The translations under genes and the position numbers were made by a program. Positions 59,396 to 64,000 of a stretch of 64,000 bases of DNA are shown in pieces (positions within the stretch are counted from its first letter, which is position 1; every line of letters starts with the position of its first letter). Below the pieces are notes generated by a model. The model was not told the DNA's origin and made no database searches. It worked only from the letters and a program-made list of their open reading frames with translations. This DNA is from Haliotis rufescens (lineage: Eukaryota), in NCBI RefSeq assembly GCF_023055435.1, contig NW_025964001.1, forward strand, positions 1,674,001-1,738,000, in the 5' to 3' direction.

Positions 59396-62300
59396 TGTGG
59401 TTACATCTAGGTGTTGCAGTTTTGAGGAGTTCCATCGGGATTTCATTGTACTCAATTCATAACAGCAAGTGTCAAAGTAAATTCATTTAATGCTTTTGTT
59501 TAGTCCTAATCTTATCCTGTTTCTACTGTATTTTCTCGTTGTTCTTCACAATTAGAACGTTGTCAGCTTATTCATAAAAAGATCATCCATATCTTTCTCG
59601 TCTGTTTTCTTTGAAATAGTGTTAAATCACGCTGTTTATCGGTACGTGTTTTGGTGCACACATTATTTCTCGTAAATATTATGGACAAATAATTATTTAC
59701 TGTCCCATTTCCACATGCATGACATCAAGTTGTCATTAAAGACAGCATATCATTGGTGAGATTTATTTTATCAAAGCATATGTCATCTTAACTTTACTAA
59801 ACAGCACTATTTGAAATCCTGGACTTCCACATATCTTTGTGAAATTTGGGGATAGGGCAGGACGCAGGCACTCCCATGGACACAAGTTACACTCACCTCC
59901 TTGCTCGACCGTTATGCATACAAGTCAGTGCAAAATCAAATCAAGGGATTTAGCCACGAAATCTAACCAATCTGATATCGATCAATTATTGTCAAACAGC
60001 CAGTTCCCTTTCCCTGGTTTACCCATCTGAGCTAGGAATAAAAAGGTCCAGTGAAACCGCTTCATCAGTTTCACATTTAGATTGATGCACACATACAAAT
60101 ATTTAAGAACCATTTGTGAAGGTGCTGTGAATAATGCTTTGCTTTCTCTATTTGCTCTCTACGTGACATAGCAATCGGCTTATTACATAACTGCCAGCAG
60201 TAGGGTTACCAGGGCCAACACAGAGACAACACAAATAAGAGCAATCATTAATGTATAGACATGTTAAACTCAAGAGACATTTTGTCTATTGCGCCGGTGA
60301 GCTCAATACGTGCAAGCGTAATGCCTACGTCAAGAGATGCCTGAAGATTACACTGCACTCAGCACGAAATACCTTCAACGTACCGCGGTCAAGTTATGTG
60401 AATACTGTGAACGTGAACCAAGAGACAACCGATGAGCATCACTGGCACGGTAGGGTAAAATTATAAGTTAAATTGGTTTTAGGTTCCTAATAGCTGATGT
60501 GTAATTATTCATCTTTTGAGAGTATATATAGCTTGTGTCTGATTCAAGCCGCGTAGTAAACATGTTGTATTCGAGCAGCAGTGAATCTTACTCCAATATA
60601 GATTGCTACCAAAAAAGGTGATCATGATTTCCTGATAGTAATCTTGTGAAATGCATTGTTTGGTGGATGTTGTAAAGTATTTTATCTTGAATCATAGGAA
60701 ATTATCCGTGTTGCTCATGTCTATATATAACTAATAGCTACGCAATATATTGTTGTTATGTCCGTCTCAAAATCATCATATTTTACAATGTATTGCTATC
60801 CCCTGACCGTCACAAGGTCCAACCGACCTCTGTAATTGATAGTTCAAGGATATTTCCACAAATGTGCACATCTTGCTGTAAATCAACGTACGAGCTATGC
60901 ATGTATCCTAACGTATTGTAAACATGCGTGAAATGCTATCATTGTAAAAAGAGATGTAGTTAAATTTTATTTTTGCATTTGAAAGATATGCTTATTCAAA
61001 CAACCAGAAAATATGCCACGTCTACTTTATCAAACACGGTAACTAATACATTATCTTACTAGTTAGTATAGGACCATAACAATTTATATAAACTACATGT
61101 ATGTAAACCTTTTACATAAGAAATCGATATGTCAGTTGGACTTGTTAGGCTTATGGTCGGTTACAGAAAATGACGCTTCAGACAGGTAATTATAGTTTTT
61201 ATTTAAAATGTGCGTATCTCCGAACCACAGTGGCAAGGGATATTATCTCAGTATATGTGAATGCCATGCAAGTCATTAAGAGGCAGCCTTCCGGAAGGAG
61301 TACACTGATTTCTGGCGCCAAATGAACAAAAGCTACATTCTACTCTGTCAGTTAAACGTGGACCATCCACGACAGTTTCACGTTGTATACTTGGAATAGA
61401 CCATGAAGGGGGCACGTTCCTGCATGTAGAAACCATGTAAAATGTGTCATTATTTGTCGTCAGATTTCCAACTCACCATGTATGGTCAGTTGCTTGATAC
61501 ATCGTAACGTATCTTGTGTACCGTCAATAAAACAAGAGAATCATCAAGAAGCCTATGTGCTTGTGATCGTCAATATACATAGTGAGTAAGTGAGTGAGTA
61601 TGGTTTCCTTCCGTCTTTAGCAATATTCCAGCAATATGAAGGCTGGGACACCAGAAATGGGCTTTACACAATATACCCATGTGGATAGTCGAACTATGAT
61701 CTTCGGCGTCATGAGCTAATGCTTTACCCACAAGGCTACCCCACCACCCCAGAATACAGAGAGAATGAGAACCATGATTGTACAGGCTATTATATTGATA
61801 TGTTCAGTATGTAGTGGGTGAGTGAGTATAGTTTTACGCTGCTTTTCACAATATTCCAGCAATATCACGAATATCACAAGAAATGGGCTTCACGCATTGT
61901 ACACATTGGGAATGGAACCCGGGTCTTCGGCGTAACGAACGAACGCTTTAACTAGGAGAGGAATCGGATCAGTGCAAACTAGAGGGCGGGTGGACGGACT
62001 TTGACGCTGACGTTAACGGTTCGACAACTTTTTCAAAAGACATTTAGTCATATCATTATGTTTCGTTGGCGTTTATTGTTTTACTGAGTGAGTGATTTGG
62101 GTTTTACACCACGTTAAGCAATATTCCAGCAACATCATGAAAAGGAATACCAGAAAGGGGCTTCGCAAAATTGTAGTCATATGGAGAATCGAACCCGAGT
62201 GTCGACGAGCAAAGGTGAATCCCACGGACTACCATTTTGGGTGAAATGGCACCGCGTGACGCTGACAGAGCAAGGAGTAAGATGAGGTTTTAACTGGTAA

Positions 62301-64000
62301 TCAAACTTCCTGGTGGGTACAATGAACACGTGATAGAGGAGCTTTAGATCACGTTTCTACTGGCATAAAGAGTAGTTCAGTATTAAGACCTGCTGAGCCA
62401 TAAAGAAATATTACCCATTATAACAGATTAACGAAAAAGTCTTGAGATAAACTTTGCTCTGTGGATGTATTTATATAGCCATGGGGTGTACTTAAAGCAT
62501 TAGTGACCGACCATTTGATATTGGGGGAACTGGGATTTTATGCAAAATAATACATTGTCCATCAAAAATTTTGAAAAAATAAATAACTGTGCTTTAGATT
62601 GTTCAAAGAAAATAAAAACTGTCTGCAACAAAATTACATTGTGGCAGGGTGTTTTAAGACTTAAAAAAACCCTTCCAACCCCGACCCCCAAACTAATATG
62701 GTAGGTCCCTTAGTTCCTCAAGCCGAAAGTCCGGGTTCGATTCGCACATGGGCATAACGTCGTATAAGATATATCATGTCGTTATGTTCTGGAACATTAA
62801 GTGTCATTGTACAGGAAAAGACGCAAGTCACTACATACCATAATGCCCTAAAAGAGATAACAGAGAGGTTGATCACCCGACCCAGTGTCTTACGACAAGC
62901 AAAGGCTGCTGAAGGTCTAGTCTGACCGAGATCTTCACGGGTCGGGCACCTGATATGAGTACCACCATACCAGATAGAGGATAATAAGGATTTTTCATTT
63001 ATACTTGAAATGTAGTTATACCTGATATCATTTTACCCAGAGAATATAATATATTCGAACATGATTTAAACCTGGACCGCTACCAATCACCAAGCAAATG
63101 AAGTCTTTCACTCCTCCTTAAATAAACGTCGATCAATGTGTGGAGCAAACATTCAATTTTACATTTCACGCAATATACGCAGACCTTCATTATTGCTTAT
63201 CACGAATACTGCCTCCGGGCTGGCTCCAAACAATGGCGTATCATGGGTAACGTCAATAACAAGAAAGTACATTTCCCAGGGGCTTTTTCGGGAACTTAAA
63301 GACAATGTATTTGAACTGATTGAAATATTCATCCAGCCGAAGCACAACATAATTCAATCTTTAGTAATGACGGTGTATTATCTCCACAAGGTAGGAAATC
63401 AATACCATTGATTTATTTAAACTCAATTATCCCGTTGCCGTCTGAAGTAGGTACCTGTGTTCACATCGACTTTGGCAGTTAGTCTGTGGGGTCTTCACAA
63501 CTCGACGGATCAGATTTGTTTCATGAGTATACAAGACACAGTGATATGGTCAACGCCAGCAGTGTTCATTTCTCTGTCTACACTAGAATACTATGTTCGG
63601 TTACACACGTCATCACGTCATACCTTACCTGTAAGGTAACCAGCGTTACTAGTGCTAATAATCCAAACGGATGCGATATGAAAACGGACGCTGCACATGT
63701 CGATAACGTTTGTCAAGGGATGTCAACCTGAAGGTATCAGACAGAAGAACATCACTTTGAGGTTGCAATACGCGATCAGGTAAAAGTTTATGGTCTGTGC
63801 TTTTCGTGCGTGTAGGTGGACTTTTACATTGTTTTCAGTCGTGTAACTGAAAGTTTATTTATACTGACAGGCAACCGTGTTGGCTTTGATGTTTGTCAAA
63901 TGGATCCATGCAAGCAATAGCAGTGACAGCGACTTTCGATGCCCGGGAGATGAATATTAATCAACACAGGCTTACTCTGTAGCTGGGATATTGAGTCGAT
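59348..64000 (+). repeat. Segmental duplication copy 2 (with about 1.5 kb SINE-rich insertion 61500-63060)
   Basis: Collinear with 34150-36356 and 44386-44930. Confidence 0.88.

Overview
Eukaryotic, AT-rich, intron-containing animal DNA; the repeat repertoire suggests a mollusc, possibly abalone (inference from recognised repeat types, not verified). The window holds a tandem cluster of divergent ionotropic glutamate receptor / ionotropic receptor (iGluR/IR)-like genes on the + strand. Gene A shows 8 exons (1711-15939; its 5' part lies before the window). A frameshifted pseudo-exon lies at 32501-32754. Gene B is complete, with 13 exons (45140-56890, about 824 aa, signal peptide to stop). A segmental duplication predicts a third gene just past 64000. 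The intervening DNA is dense with mobile elements: a full-length intact Nimb/I-group LINE (36485-42726, minus, 13-bp TSD), degenerate LINEs (Nimb, RTE-X/CR1-like, R4/Dong-like), two Tc1 elements, a mariner foldback fragment, a hAT-like transposase and four short retroposon families that share the LINE's 3' tail. Most notable: the intact LINE starts exactly at a 58-nt minimal HDV-like self-cleaving ribozyme fold. It is followed immediately by a pseudoknot-plus-hairpin RNA motif that, with compensatory base changes, forms the 5' end of a headless non-autonomous family in the same window. Also notable: a SINE tail supplies gene B's stop codon, and both receptors carry unusual ligand-pocket and pore residues.
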